From contig CM060731.1 of NCBI GenBank assembly GCA_030704615.1, positions 65,100,001 through 65,164,000 on the forward strand: a stretch of DNA of 64,000 nucleotides. Reading direction: 5' to 3'. Positions 47,138 to 59,498 of the stretch are shown here, one piece after another; within the stretch, counting starts at the first letter, position 1; the number at the start of each line of letters is the position of its first letter. The notes beneath the pieces were generated by a model. It did no database searches, was not told the origin of the DNA, and saw nothing but the letters and a program-made list of their open reading frames with translations. The position numbers were made by a program, and so were the translations under genes. The DNA comes from Takakia lepidozioides (lineage: Eukaryota; Plantae; Bryophyta).

Positions 47138-48866
47138 ACAGAGAGTTGATTCCTAGTTGCCATAAGTGTTTGTTGCAACTCGACAATGTACTTCTCCTGG
47201 TTAGCCTCAACCTGTTTGTACTGCTGCAAAGCACTTTCATTGTGACATAGTGTATCTTTGAGGTCCACAATGAGTTTGGCTTGCTTAACTACCTCAGTTT
47301 CTGCCATTACACATCTCTCCCTCTGCTTGTTGGCTTCTGTTGTGGCTTGCTCCAGAACATTTGTGAGGGTGGCACATTGCACTGCCATCCTTTGATGTAC
47401 TACCTCCAACTCTGCATGTTGTACCTTCACTCCTTGCATCTCATCCTCATGCTTGTTCTGCAATTGGAATAATTGCTGCCTGTGTGTCTCCAACAGATGG
47501 TCTTGCTCTAGACCCCCCTCAATCAATTGCTCCTTAGCAAATTGCAATGCATCCTTCGTTTCTCTTAACTCCTGTTGTAACTTGAGATGGTCTCCCTCAT
47601 CAATCTTATTAATACACTGAGTAGCCAACTGAGCTTCAAACTCCTTTCTGAGCTCCTCTTTCACAGCTTCCAGTTGAGTTACTGGAACATGGGACTTCAC
47701 ATAAGTTCCCAACAAATTCAGGGTTCTGCTTATGGAACTCATAAGCATAGCATGTTGAGGGTCATTATGGTGAACCTGTGACTGTTCAACCCCATCTTCC
47801 ATAGGATGATGCCTCACAAACCACTCATGCCACTGCTCTACTAGATCCTCTTTCTGCACGCCCTTATTTGCTACAGGTGCTGCTGTGTCATGTTGTTCTA
47901 CTGCTGGAACCTCCTCCACAGGTGTGGGTAATACATGCACATTAGGGCTTTCGTTGGACAGACTTTGCACATCCTATACCACTGTTTCCTTGCCCAAGTT
48001 AGAGTTTTCATAGAGAAGGTCCCCCTTCTCAATGTCTGCCACATCCCTCTGTGCTGCTGTGCCCCTTCTTGTACAAAAGTATGAGTAACTTCTCCTTCCG
48101 GCTGTCTCGTAGCCAATGGCTCTACTTCCAATGTGACAGTCCTTTGCCCCTTAGGCTGTTGACGCTCAGCCAATCCCCCTTCACCCTGTGAATAACCTTT
48201 CTCTTCCATGGCAGTGGTTGTTGTCTCAAACACTCCCATCTCCTTCCTTTCTCTCGCATCTAGTATGCACGAATCTAGAATAATTTGTGCAATGATGGGT
48301 CCAGACACTATGATAGGAGACTTTGCGGCAGTGCCTTGTAATCTTTTCATCTCCTCTACCAGTCCATTGTACATTATGTCCGCCCATGCTACCTCTTCTC
48401 CTCTCAGGGCCTTGAGTATTTCCTCTGTGAAGGATCTGCTCAAATACTGTTGGTTCTGTTTCATGGCAAACAGAACGTTCAGTATCTGGCCTACCTCCCT
48501 TAGCCCTGGGTACACGGCCTTGGTACAAGCATAACCCTGAGTTTTAAAGAAACTCCCTTCTTCAAATAAATCCCTTATCTGCAATCTTGCCCTGTGCTCT
48601 TCTACATGCACCTGACCTGATGGCAATTCAAACAATTGCTGCAGGTATAGGGGAATAACTTCTAGTTCAACTCCCTTCACCGTTGTTGCTCCTATCTTAG
48701 GCTCAAAGTTTTCCAAGAATTGTAACATGTACTGCCGATGGTGCAATGTCCAATCTTTGCTCTGCAATCCTTCTAATCGCAGGTCCTTCAGTAACTTCAC
48801 CGCCTGTGGAGTAGCGATTGTTTGTTTCTGCAAAATTGTGGTGCTTTTCACCCTGATGTCCTCCAT
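47138..48866 (-). pseudogene. Extra 3' ORF of element E (plant transposon protein-like domain + coiled coil)
   Basis: Overlapping ORFs 47898-48866 and 47119-47970 in the same sense as pol; Glu/Gln-rich coiled coil; truncated by the TIR at 47137. Confidence 0.65.
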
Positions 48867-49584
48867 CCCTCTTCATTCTAGAGAAACAGAAAGGTTGTGG
48901 CTGTAACAACTGAAGTAATGCTCGCAGGGCACAAAGCACAAACGTATGGTTGCCACAAAATGCTATGGGTAATTTCTTGTAAGCCTGCGGGGCTTGCAAG
49001 CATCGATCAAGAGAAAAGATACTCTCTATTCTTCTGTCCCCGCGCCACTGCGTAAGTAGTATCGCGAGCGTATAATCTGTTAGTTCTTCCATAGCTTCAG
49101 AGCTATAGCATTGATGGTCTGTCCCGTCGAGACGCCCGTTACTTGGAACGACGCCAACTCTTGCCTCAGAACCCTTTCATTTTCTTGATCCTGCTTCCTG
49201 TTTATGATTGGATGTAACTGCTGTGACTGGATTTCAGATTTAATTTCCTTTAGTGGACTTTCCATGCTGGGCTGTCCACTAGGATAACACACTTGACAAG
49301 AAATGCGCTTTTCGGTACTTGCCGTTTGTTCCGTTACCCTTTTTCCGTATTCATTAATGGGCCCGCCATTCATCTGCATTGACGTGCTAGGTAGGTACTT
49401 TGACGGCCCTTCTTGTCCTTTTTCTTGATAACACCTGTTCTTGCACTTCCTTCTCAGCTGTGTGTCGCGGCCTGACTTCCACGTGTCTATTTCTAAACTG
49501 GCTTCCGCCCTTTCTTGCGCCGGCCATTTCCCCGACGTTATCCTGCGTCCACCTGTCACTGATCCTATGGACTGTGTAATTCCG

Positions 49585-49790
49585 GTAGGCTGTGTTAGAC
49601 TGTGACAGGCTGTGTTAGACTATGTTAGGCTGTGCGCGACTGTGTGACCCTGTGCTGGGCTGTGATAGGCTGTGTTACCCTGTGTTGGGCTGTGAAAGGC
49701 TGTGTTACCCTGTGTTGGGCTGTGACAGGCTGTGTTACCCTGTGTTGGGCTGTGACAGACTGTGTTACCCTGTGTTGGGCTGTGACAACT
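49585..49790. repeat. 30-bp minisatellite (CTGTGTTGGGCTGTGACAGGCTGTGTTACC)n
   Basis: About 6 units, translated as HSPTQGNTAC repeats at the end of integrase. Confidence 0.92.
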
Positions 49791-52700
49791 ATTCAAACAC
49801 CTGTGTTTTTCGCTCACAACTGGTTTAACGACAAGTATTCCATGCTCCGTTGGTATTACTGGAACAGCTTGTGACTGTTCCTGTAATTTAATATGTAAAT
49901 CGTGTCTCAATGGTTTGTCATGGATACCACTGTATCCTTTCAACTTGTTGGCATTCACTCTTCCTAGCATCTCTTTGTTAATGGTTTGTAACATGGCTGT
50001 ATTGTTATCATACATCCTTTGTATGACATAAGGTCCCTTCCATGGCGAGTTAAGCTTAGAAGCTTTAATCTTTCCCTTCTTTTGCAACCACAAAACCAAA
50101 TCTCCTGTTTTAAAAGTCTTTAACTTCCCTTCATCAAACTGATCCTTCCTTTTCATCTGTATTCTGGCCATGTTGTCAGCTGCATCCGCACGTACTTCTT
50201 CCACATGGTATAATTCATGTTTCCTGACCTTAATCGAATCTTCCAATTCCATTCTTCTTCCCCATTCAGTTTTCATGGTAGGTAACAAAAACTCCACTGG
50301 AAGTAAGGCTTCCATACCATAAACTAATTGGAATGGTGTATATTTAGTGGTGACTTTATATGAAGTCCTGTATGACCACAAAGCTGTCAGTAGCTTAGTA
50401 TCCCAGTCTGTTCTGTTTGCATTGACTATCTTAGCCAAAATAGTACATAGTATTTTGTTGGTAGCCTCTGCCTGTCCATTACCTTGTGGGTAATAGGTCG
50501 TACTCTTCCTATGCACAATCATGAACTCCCTAGTCATAAGTTCTATGGTCTCATTTATGAAGTGACTTCCTTGGTCACTGATAAATTCCAGGGGACAGCC
50601 AAATCATGTCAGTATGTTCTCATATAAGAACCTGGCTGTGGACTTAGTTGTGTTGTCTCTCAGAGCTTTAGCTTCCACCCATTTTGTAGTATAATCAGTT
50701 GCTGTGATTGTATACTTGTTTTGTGTATTTTTGGCTGGTGGGTTTATTGGTCCAACAAAGTCCAATCCCCATTTCTGAAATGGTTCAGTAGGCATTGTAG
50801 GATGCAAAGCCATCTTTCCAGATCTCTGCAATGGTCCTAGCCTCTAACACTCATCACAAGTTTTACAATACTCGTGCACATCCTTGAACAAAGTAGGCCA
50901 CCAATAACCAGCGAGTGGTATCTTCCTACTGGTAGTCTCTTCTCCAAAATGGCCTCCTGCCACTCCTTTATGAGCTTCCTCTAAAACTTTATTAACTTCA
51001 TGGTGGTATAAGCATCGCTTCAGCACTCCATCTGGTCCTAGCTTATACATTCTACTCCCTACCATAGTGTAAGGTAGAGCCTTGATAGCAATTCTTTTTC
51101 TCTGCTCCTTTCCATAACTTGGTGGACATTGACCATGAGCGAGATAGTATCTGATTGGCCACTGCCAATCTAACCAGTCATCTGCACTTCCCTGCACCTC
51201 CACTGCAAATAAACTCGCATCTGGTAATTGATCATCTATTCCCGTGGCTGGTTCTCCTGTTGATAACCGTGACAAGTGGTCTGCCACAAGATGCAACCTC
51301 CCAGGTTTGTAAACAACCTCGAATTCAAACTCATGCAAGATTATCAACCATCTTGCTATTCTTCCGCTTATCAGGGGTTTGTTCACCAGGTATATCAGAG
51401 CCTGGTGATCCACATAAAACATAAACTTCTTCCCCAACAGATAATGCCTGAATTTCTTTACTGCATAGATCATTGCCAATGCTTCTCTTTCCGTTGTGCT
51501 ATAATTTCTTTCAGCACTGTTCAGTAATCGGCTAGCATAGTACATAGGTGAATCTATCCTTCCTGTAACATTTTGGGCTAGCACTGCTCCCAATGCTTCT
51601 CCTGAAGCATCACAGTGAACATGGAACATTTCCTGCCAGTGAGGATTAATCAATACAGGTGTAGTTGTCACTAACAATGTCAGTTTCTCAAAAGCCTGTT
51701 GACATTCAGTTGTCCATGCAAACACTGCATCTTTCTTCAGAAGCTTGCTCAATGGAGCTGCTATCTGTGCATACCGCCTGACAAATCTTCTGTAATAGCT
51801 GGTTTGTCCCAAGAATCTCCTTAGACTCTTAGCATTTACTGGAGGTGGAGAGGCTTTAATGGTCTCTATCTTTCTGGGATCCACAAGAAGTCCCTTCTTA
51901 CATACAATGTGTCCCAAAAGCACCCCCGAGTTTACACAGAAAGTACATTTCTCTGGATTCAGGCCCAGACCTCTCATCCTGCATCTGGCCAAGCATAACT
52001 CCAACTTATGCAAGTGCTCACTCTTAGAGCTATACACACTGAAATCATCCAAGAATACCTGCATGAAATCATCCAGATACTCCTGAAAGGATTCACTTAT
52101 CACTTTCTGAAAAGTTGCTGGTGCATTACAAAGTCCAAAGGGCATGACTTTGTATGCATAAGCACCCCAGTCTGTGATGAAAGTTGTCTTCTCTTGGTCT
52201 TCTTCTGCCACTTGCACTTGATTATAACCACTGAAACCATCCATGAATGAGTACATCTCATGGCCTGCCACAGTGTCCAATACTGCTTCTGTGAATGGTA
52301 AGGGAAAAAGATCCTTCCTTGTACAAGCATTCAGTTTTTTGTAGTTCACACAACTCTCAGTTTGCCATTCTTCTTGGGAACTATCACAATGGGTGACAAC
52401 CAAGTTGTATACTCTATCGGGTATATAAATTTATCTTCAGCCAACTTTTTGATCTCCTCTCCAACCTTCTCTGCATAGTTGGGATTCATTCTGTATCTTG
52501 CCTGTTTAATTGGTATTGATCCTGGTTCCAGTTCAATCTTATGTTGACAGATCTCAAGTGGTATCCCTTTCAGATCCTCGTAGCTCCAAGCAAATACATC
52601 TCTGTATTTGATAAACAGACTTTTAGCTTTTTCAAAGAATTCTGGCTCCAATTCCGCTCCTACCTTCACCATCCTTGGTTTCTCCTCTGTTCCCACATTC

Positions 52701-55700
52701 ACTTCCCTCACCTGCTCGTCAGCTGTGATTGTCCAACCAATTACTATTTCATCCTGTAGACTTACAGTGGCCGGTTCTTCTAAGATTTCCATTTCCCCCT
52801 CTCTTTCTTGATAGAAATGTGGTGGGTAACTGCTTGTTTCTTCCTCAATTGGTGTTGCTGACACTACACCACAGCAGATGCTTTTTAGACAACTGAGACC
52901 TTCTAATTGCATCTCTGCAACCTGCTCCCACTCTGGGTGTGCAGCGAACAAGGTAGCTTCCTGCTCCTCATCCAGTCCTTCTTTCCAATCATACTCTCTG
53001 ACCCCTCTTGGTCTTCTTGTAGCAGATAATCTTTCAGATTTCTTCATGGTGATTTGTATCTTGTGCAACCCATCCTGCACAGTTAGTAACTGTGAATTCC
53101 AGTCATGAGATACCCTGGCCTGTTTCAGCCATGGTCGTCCCAACAATAAGGAATATGCTTCCATGACTTCATCCATTTTCAATACAGTTACTGTGATCAT
53201 AAAGATCATCTTTTGAATCTGTATTTTAACTCCTCTTATCAATCCCAATGGCTGAACACTCCTTTGATCTGCCATTGTTACTGTAAATGGGGCTGGTTTC
53301 ATGTTATTTAGACCAAGCTTCTGTCTCAACTGATCTGTCATGATATTCACTCCAGAGCCTCCATCTATCAGTACATCAGTTAGTTCTGTGCTTCCAATTC
53401 TCAATTGGATTACTGGCATAGAATCATCAAAATCCATGATTGTTTCTCGCCCTTCTGGATTCACATTATAACTGGTTACCTTGCTGTTCAGGTCTGTGTT
53501 CTCTGTCAAATGGGCAATCCTGTTGATTGCTTGATACAGCCTGTGTCTACAATAAGGTGCCACGGCCAATAGCTGTCCAATGGTAATTTCTACTTTGGAC
53601 TGGCATATCACTTCAGCCAAAGTCCCTTCCATACTCTGCATTTTTGCAGCTTCCTTCTTTCCTACTTCCTCACTGACTTCTTCTTCTCTTTCAGAGTCTG
53701 AGGAATCTACTATAGGAATATCAGTACTCTTCTGCATTTCTCTTATAGTATCTGCCACTTCTTTATGCAGTTCTTTCTCATCTCTCCAAGCCTCATCATC
53801 TTCAGGCACATCACTGCCATCGTCATTATCATCCACTTCCTCTTCCACTTGAGGTATTAATTTGGCTTTGCTTCTGGTTACTATCATTGTACTGACTTCC
53901 GGTACAACACATGGCCTAACCATGTAGGCTGCCACTACTGGCCCTTCATTCACAGGAGCTCTCATCTCATTCTGGTGTCTGATCCAGAATGGACAAGCCG
54001 CCTTGCGATGTCCTGCCTGATTACAATAGTAACACAGTTCTTCTCCATTGGGTCCTCGCCTTTGGTCTGTTCTAGGATTATTTCTGTAATCCTGACTTCT
54101 TGGCTGGTAATTTTTTCTTGAATTACCCTGATAGTTGCCTCTGAAATTCCCTTGGTAATTCCCTCTTGGATTACCTCTTCCCATGCCATTGTTATATCCA
54201 TCAGGCCTACCATAGTGGTCCTGATCATTGTTTCTTCCTGGCTGGGGCTGCACTTGATGCACCCTTATTTGCCTAGGTTCTCTTGCTGCTGTCCTTCTGT
54301 TGTAGTAACAATTCTCAGTAGAATGGTTATCCATTTTACAGATAGTACAGTGTTTCTCTTTCATGTGGCATTCAGTGGTGGTGTGGCCCTCATTCTGGCA
54401 TTTTGCACACCAGACACCCTTCCTCCAATGTGTTGCAGCCTCTGTGGCATATTTTTTAAAGATTTCTTCTAATCTTTTCTCATAATTTTCCCTCTTCATC
54501 TTTTCCTTCCTTTTACTCTTCTTCTTTTGCTCCAGCTCTTCTTCCTCATCTGACTCATCCTCAGAGTCCTCTTCATCTCTTTTCTCCGTCCTGAGCATTC
54601 CCAATTGCTCAATTTTGTTTGCTGTTTCAAATGCCTCATCCACTGTATTGTGGGGTAACATGTCAACTTTCTTTTGCAACTCTGGTCTTAGTCCATTCAC
54701 AAACCAAGCTTTCTGCAATCCTGGCGCTGGTATAGCAGCCGACTTTTTCATCATCAATTCCATTTTCTCCATATACTCCTCAACAGTTTCATGCTTCTTC
54801 TGCTTCAACTGTTGTAAACTTCCATACACTTCGTCCTGAGTTTTACTGGCCCTGAACCTATTTCGGAACGCTGTACTCAAGCCATTCCAGGTTAGGAAAT
54901 GATTATCAGGGAATCTTGCATACCATTCACTGGCTTTCTTTATGAGTGAACATGGAAACAATCTCATCTTGGCATCATTGCCATTCTCATTGTTCACTAT
55001 GCACATGTGCTCAAATTGGCTAATGTGCACATCAGGATCCCCTTTTCCTGAATATATTGGAAAAGGTGGTTTTGCCCGTGTTGGTTGTAACGCCATCTGT
55101 AACCCTACACCCTGCCCCCTGACAGTTGTTGGCCCCTTGGCTGATGCTGGTCCTTGAAGACCTGTAGTAGTTGTGGTGGTTCTTCCACCAAATACTGGCC
55201 CTTGAGCACTTCCTGCTCCTGGCCTTACAATATTCACAGTATTCCCAGCCTCAGTTGCACTACTTTCCACACTCCCTGTCCCCCCAGAGCCAGATCTAGG
55301 TCTTCCGCCTGATCCCTCTGAGCCGACACCTTCGTTGGTCTGTGATCCAAGTGCTCCACTTGATCCAGGTTCAACGGGTTGGGATGTCCTGGTTGTAGTC
55401 TCAACCTCAGCTGCTGGGTCTACTTCTTCATATCCCTCATCTTCCAATTTCCTCTCTCTGTTTTCATCTTCCAAGTTCTGCCCTTGGGCTTCTTCTTCTT
55501 CACTCATGTAACTGTTTTGTAATAGTGTTGGAGAGTTTGAACTCTCCGTTGGCTCTTCCACCTCATCTTCAGTTTCAGAAACTGGAGTTCCTGCTCTTGG
55601 TGTTCCATGCCAACTCTTATCAAAGATTTCTGTCAAGTCTTTTACATAGGGATGTACCACAGTTCTTCCACCTCGTGTTGGATCTTCTTCCTCTGCCAAA

Positions 55701-55915
55701 TCCCTTAATCTTTCTTGCAACGAAAAAGAAGGTGTAGTATCCAACTCTAGCTCTTCCGGTATGGGTGATGTACTCCCTGATCTCAATGGTGTGAGAGGTC
55801 CAGATGATTCCCCAATGTCTATTCCTCTCTCCCAAAGGTATGGATAATTAGCTTTCAGATAACTTTCTCTTTTTGCTGAATATCTCTGGAGTCTAGCTTC
55901 TCTTTCATCACTCAT
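49620..55915 (-). pseudogene. gag-pol: gag-pol of element E
   Basis: gag, CCHC knuckles, IDGGS protease, FLDD RT, RNase H (CDAS), IN; frameshift at ~52350, stops at 50844 and 50604. Confidence 0.95.
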
Positions 55916-57053
55916 GTCCCATGTCTTTCATTTCTTTAGTGTGACAATGACCAAAACTCTTTTCTGTAGTATCTCTCGTATATGCCTGGGTTTCTTTCAA
56001 GCTTCAATGTACCTCTGGCTATACTGGAGGTCTCTGTTACCATATACCCATATGGTAAACAAGTCTGAAAAGTTGTTCTTGGTGTGAGCTTGATCCACAA
56101 AATATCCTTTGGAATCCAATTCTTTACCAGTACAACACTACAACAGATTGCGGCTTTTATGACTCCCATAGGTGCGCAGTCATGACAGATTTGTGGCATA
56201 AATGCCATTTGCAGTCATAAAATGCTTTTGAAGTCATAATGCAGGTCTGGAGAAGGCGTATATGCGACTGCATGGCTTCGGACTCTGCGCAACACAGGTC
56301 AAACATGTTTGACCACGAATATTGGCATGGCAGACATGACTACCAGTCACGGTCATGGCTACACTAGAATGACGTGTGCATATTGCAAGACAGACATATG
56401 ACTTCATGACTCTCACTCTAATGCATTATGCCAGATCATCACATGGATGAATCACTACATGACTACACGTGTCGACACATGCTTTTCTGGTTATATATAT
56501 AATATATGAGTATTTATATCTTAAAAAAACGGAGACTCTTACCACTAGAATGAATTAAAAAACCCAAAAAAAACAAAGATTTAAAAAAAATCACATCGGC
56601 TGGTAAGTGCACAGTGTGTCGCCCTTGTGGTTTGAGGTTCAAACCCGCTGCCCTTATCCCGTGTGTGGGATTGTTCGAGACGGTATGTCTTGACGTTGAT
56701 CGTCCTGTAGGTCTTATGGCCCATAAATGAAGGCGGGTGAATTTTCCCCCTCCTCAAGGGCTTGTGGTTTCCTTTAAGAAAAATAAATAAATAAATAAAA
56801 ATAAATCAAAAAGGGGCTTTTAGGGTTTACAAAAAGGTTAAAAAACTTAAAAAGTTGCCCATCACAGTAGCGTGAACAGACTTAGAGCGAGCGGGAGGGA
56901 GAGAGAGAGAGGGTTGGGACTTAGAGCAAGCGAGCGGGAGAGAGGGCAAACTTGCATGGGAGGCCCGCAGTTGGATCAACCTTCGCATCTGGAGCAAGCA
57001 ACCCTAGAAACGCTAGGGTATGTGTGCGAGGAGGTTTCGGCTGGGAGCCCGCC

Positions 57054-57968
57054 GTTCTTGGGAGAGTCAGCTTCGTCTTAGCAGGCCGTGTTTCAATCTC
57101 TACCCGCTCGGCCCTGATTTTACAGCACGGAGCAGAGCTGGCATGAGTTTCTAAAAGATCCTTCACGATGGTGGGACAACCGCAATCGCAAGGTGTGGCT
57201 TTTTCTTAATGTACGATGTGAAGAAGTTTGTCCATCTTGCAAATGTGGGTTGGCTCTCCTGTTAGTACCATGATTTGGTATTCTTCCTGATGTTTACAAG
57301 GTTCTTGGGAGAGTTAGCTTGGTCTTAGTAGGCCGTGTTTCAATCTCTGCCCACTCAGCTGCACCGTGGTGGTTCTCACTGACCAATCCGACATTACCTA
57401 ACTACAGACACAAGTAGCACACACTAGAGGTCATCTTGGGTTCATGTTCAGTCAAATCCTCCATGGGTCATGACACAAGGTCGAGGACAATGTGGCGAGG
57501 GCACCTTCTTCTTCGACCTATTTCAGCCTATTTTGCCCTCTCATCAGACTCGGCCCTGAATTTGAATCATGGAGCAGAGCTGGCATGAGTTTTTTTAAGA
57601 TCCTTCACGAGGGTGCGACCGCAATCGCAAGGTGTGGTTTTTTTTTAATGTACGATGTGCAGAATTTTGTCCATCCTGCAAATGTGGGTTGTTGGCTCCT
57701 GTTAGTACCATGATTTGATATTCTTCCTGATGTTTACAAGGTTCTTGGGAGAGTTAGCTTGGTCTTAGCAGACCGTGTTTCAAAGTCTGCCTGCTCAGCT
57801 GCACCGTGGTGCAGGTTCTCATTGACCAATCCGACATTACCTGACTACAGACACAAGCATCACACACAAGGTCAAATCCTCCATGGGTCATGACACAAGG
57901 TCAAGGACAGTGTGGTGAGGGCACCTTCTTCTTCGACCTATTTCAGCATGTTTTGCCCTCTCATCAGA
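57054..57968. repeat. Modular tandem duplications inside the CACTA
   Basis: GTTCTTGGGAGAGTYAGCTT block at 57054, 57301 and 57741, with shared downstream modules. Confidence 0.85.
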
Positions 57969-58763
57969 CGCCCTGAGATGCATATTGAATTTTGTAAGTT
58001 AGCTCATTGCTCGTTGATAAGTAGGGTTGGGGTGTTTGCTGGAACAATTCTAGGCTGTCATTGTCAGCTGCTAGCAGGAAGGCAAGGATGTATGCATAGG
58101 TAGCTGAAGGATTTTGTGCAGAGGCATAGATAGCTGAAGGAGCAGGGATAGAGTGTGGGCCCAAATTCGTCCAAGAGGGCCGGATTTCAAGCTCCATTAT
58201 TTCAGTGTCATCCATTCAGCCAGGGATTTCCTGGTGACATTGCCAAGGCTTTACTCGCAACACGATGCTTGTAAAGCTTCCTTAGCTTGAATGCTGATTA
58301 TGCTTGAATTATTAGGTTTGTAAAGCCAGTTTTGAAATTTTCACGGTAATCAACTCTCTTGAAAATTTGTAGGTTGCAAGCCATTTACAGCGGGCCGTGG
58401 GTGGACTGGAAGACAGCCATTGAAAGTCCAGGTGCAAGTTAATACCAGTGGAGAGCAGAATAAGCTTCATATGCCCTTTTGGTGCTAGTTATCTTCATGT
58501 ATGGTACTGTTGAACACCAACGATCTTTTGGTGAGATTTTGTCTTGGTGCACATGTCTGATAAAGAAAGACGGTAATGTTTGTTCTGAAACCTGAAGGCG
58601 TGAAATGATTCAACACAACAAGAGCATTACGCGTGTCACAGTACAAGCTGTAAGAAAGCAAGAGATACATAGTTATACAGTCAAACAGACAACTATCAGT
58701 TTCTGTGGAATCTCTTGCCAATGGCAGGATGGGTTGGGAATAGCCAAGTCAGGAGGTGAATGC

Positions 58764-59498
58764 CTGTCAAATTACCACATGTCCTTTTGAACACTGCCCC
58801 TGCCCTGGTGGACATGTACGCCAATTGTGGGTGCATTGAGGATGCAAAGGGAGTGTTCAACACTGTGGCTGAACGAGATGTGGTGTCGTGGAGTGCGATG
58901 CTTGCTGGGTATGCACAGCTGGGGTGCGGGATGGAGGCTCCAACCTTTGAGAAAATGATGGGGGAAGGGGTGAAGGCCGCCGACATAACGTTTGTGTGCG
59001 TTTGCAATGTCTGTCAAATTACCACATGTCCTTTTGAACACTGCCCCTGCCCTGGTGGACATGTACGCCAATTGTGGGTGCATTGAGGATGCAAAGGGAG
59101 TGTTCAACACTGTGGCTGAACGAGATGTGGTGTCGTGGAGTGCGATGCTTGCTGGGTATGCACAGCTGGGGTGCGGGATGGAGGCTCCAACCTTTGAGAA
59201 AATGATGGGGGAAGGGGTGAAGGCCGCCGACATAACGTTTGTGTGCGTTTGCAGTGCGTCTGCAGCCCTGGAAAAGGGCAAAGAGATCCCTAGTGACATC
59301 ATCAAATCTGCAATTGTACCAGATGTCATCCTGAACATGGCTCTGGTGGCCATGTATGCTAAATGTGGGAGCATTGAGGATGCCAAGGGAGTGTTCAACA
59401 CTATGGCTGAACTAGATGTGGTGTCGTGGAATGCGATGCTTGAAGGGTGTGCAGAGCAGGAGCGCGGGATGGGGCTTTGGACACCTGAAAGCAAATGA
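58764..59498 (+). pseudogene. Captured PLS-class pentatricopeptide-repeat gene fragment with a 247-bp tandem duplication
   Basis: ALVDMYANCGCIEDAKGVFNTVAERDVVSWSAMLAGYAQLG; duplicated units start at 58764 and 59011. Confidence 0.9.

Noticed and set aside
56596-56650. tRNA/SINE suggested by B-box-like GGTTCAAACCC
   Set aside because: No convincing cloverleaf or A-box could be built
58764-59498. Functional host PPR gene
   Set aside because: Only a few motifs, an out-of-frame duplication, no E/DYW domain, and located inside CACTA TIRs
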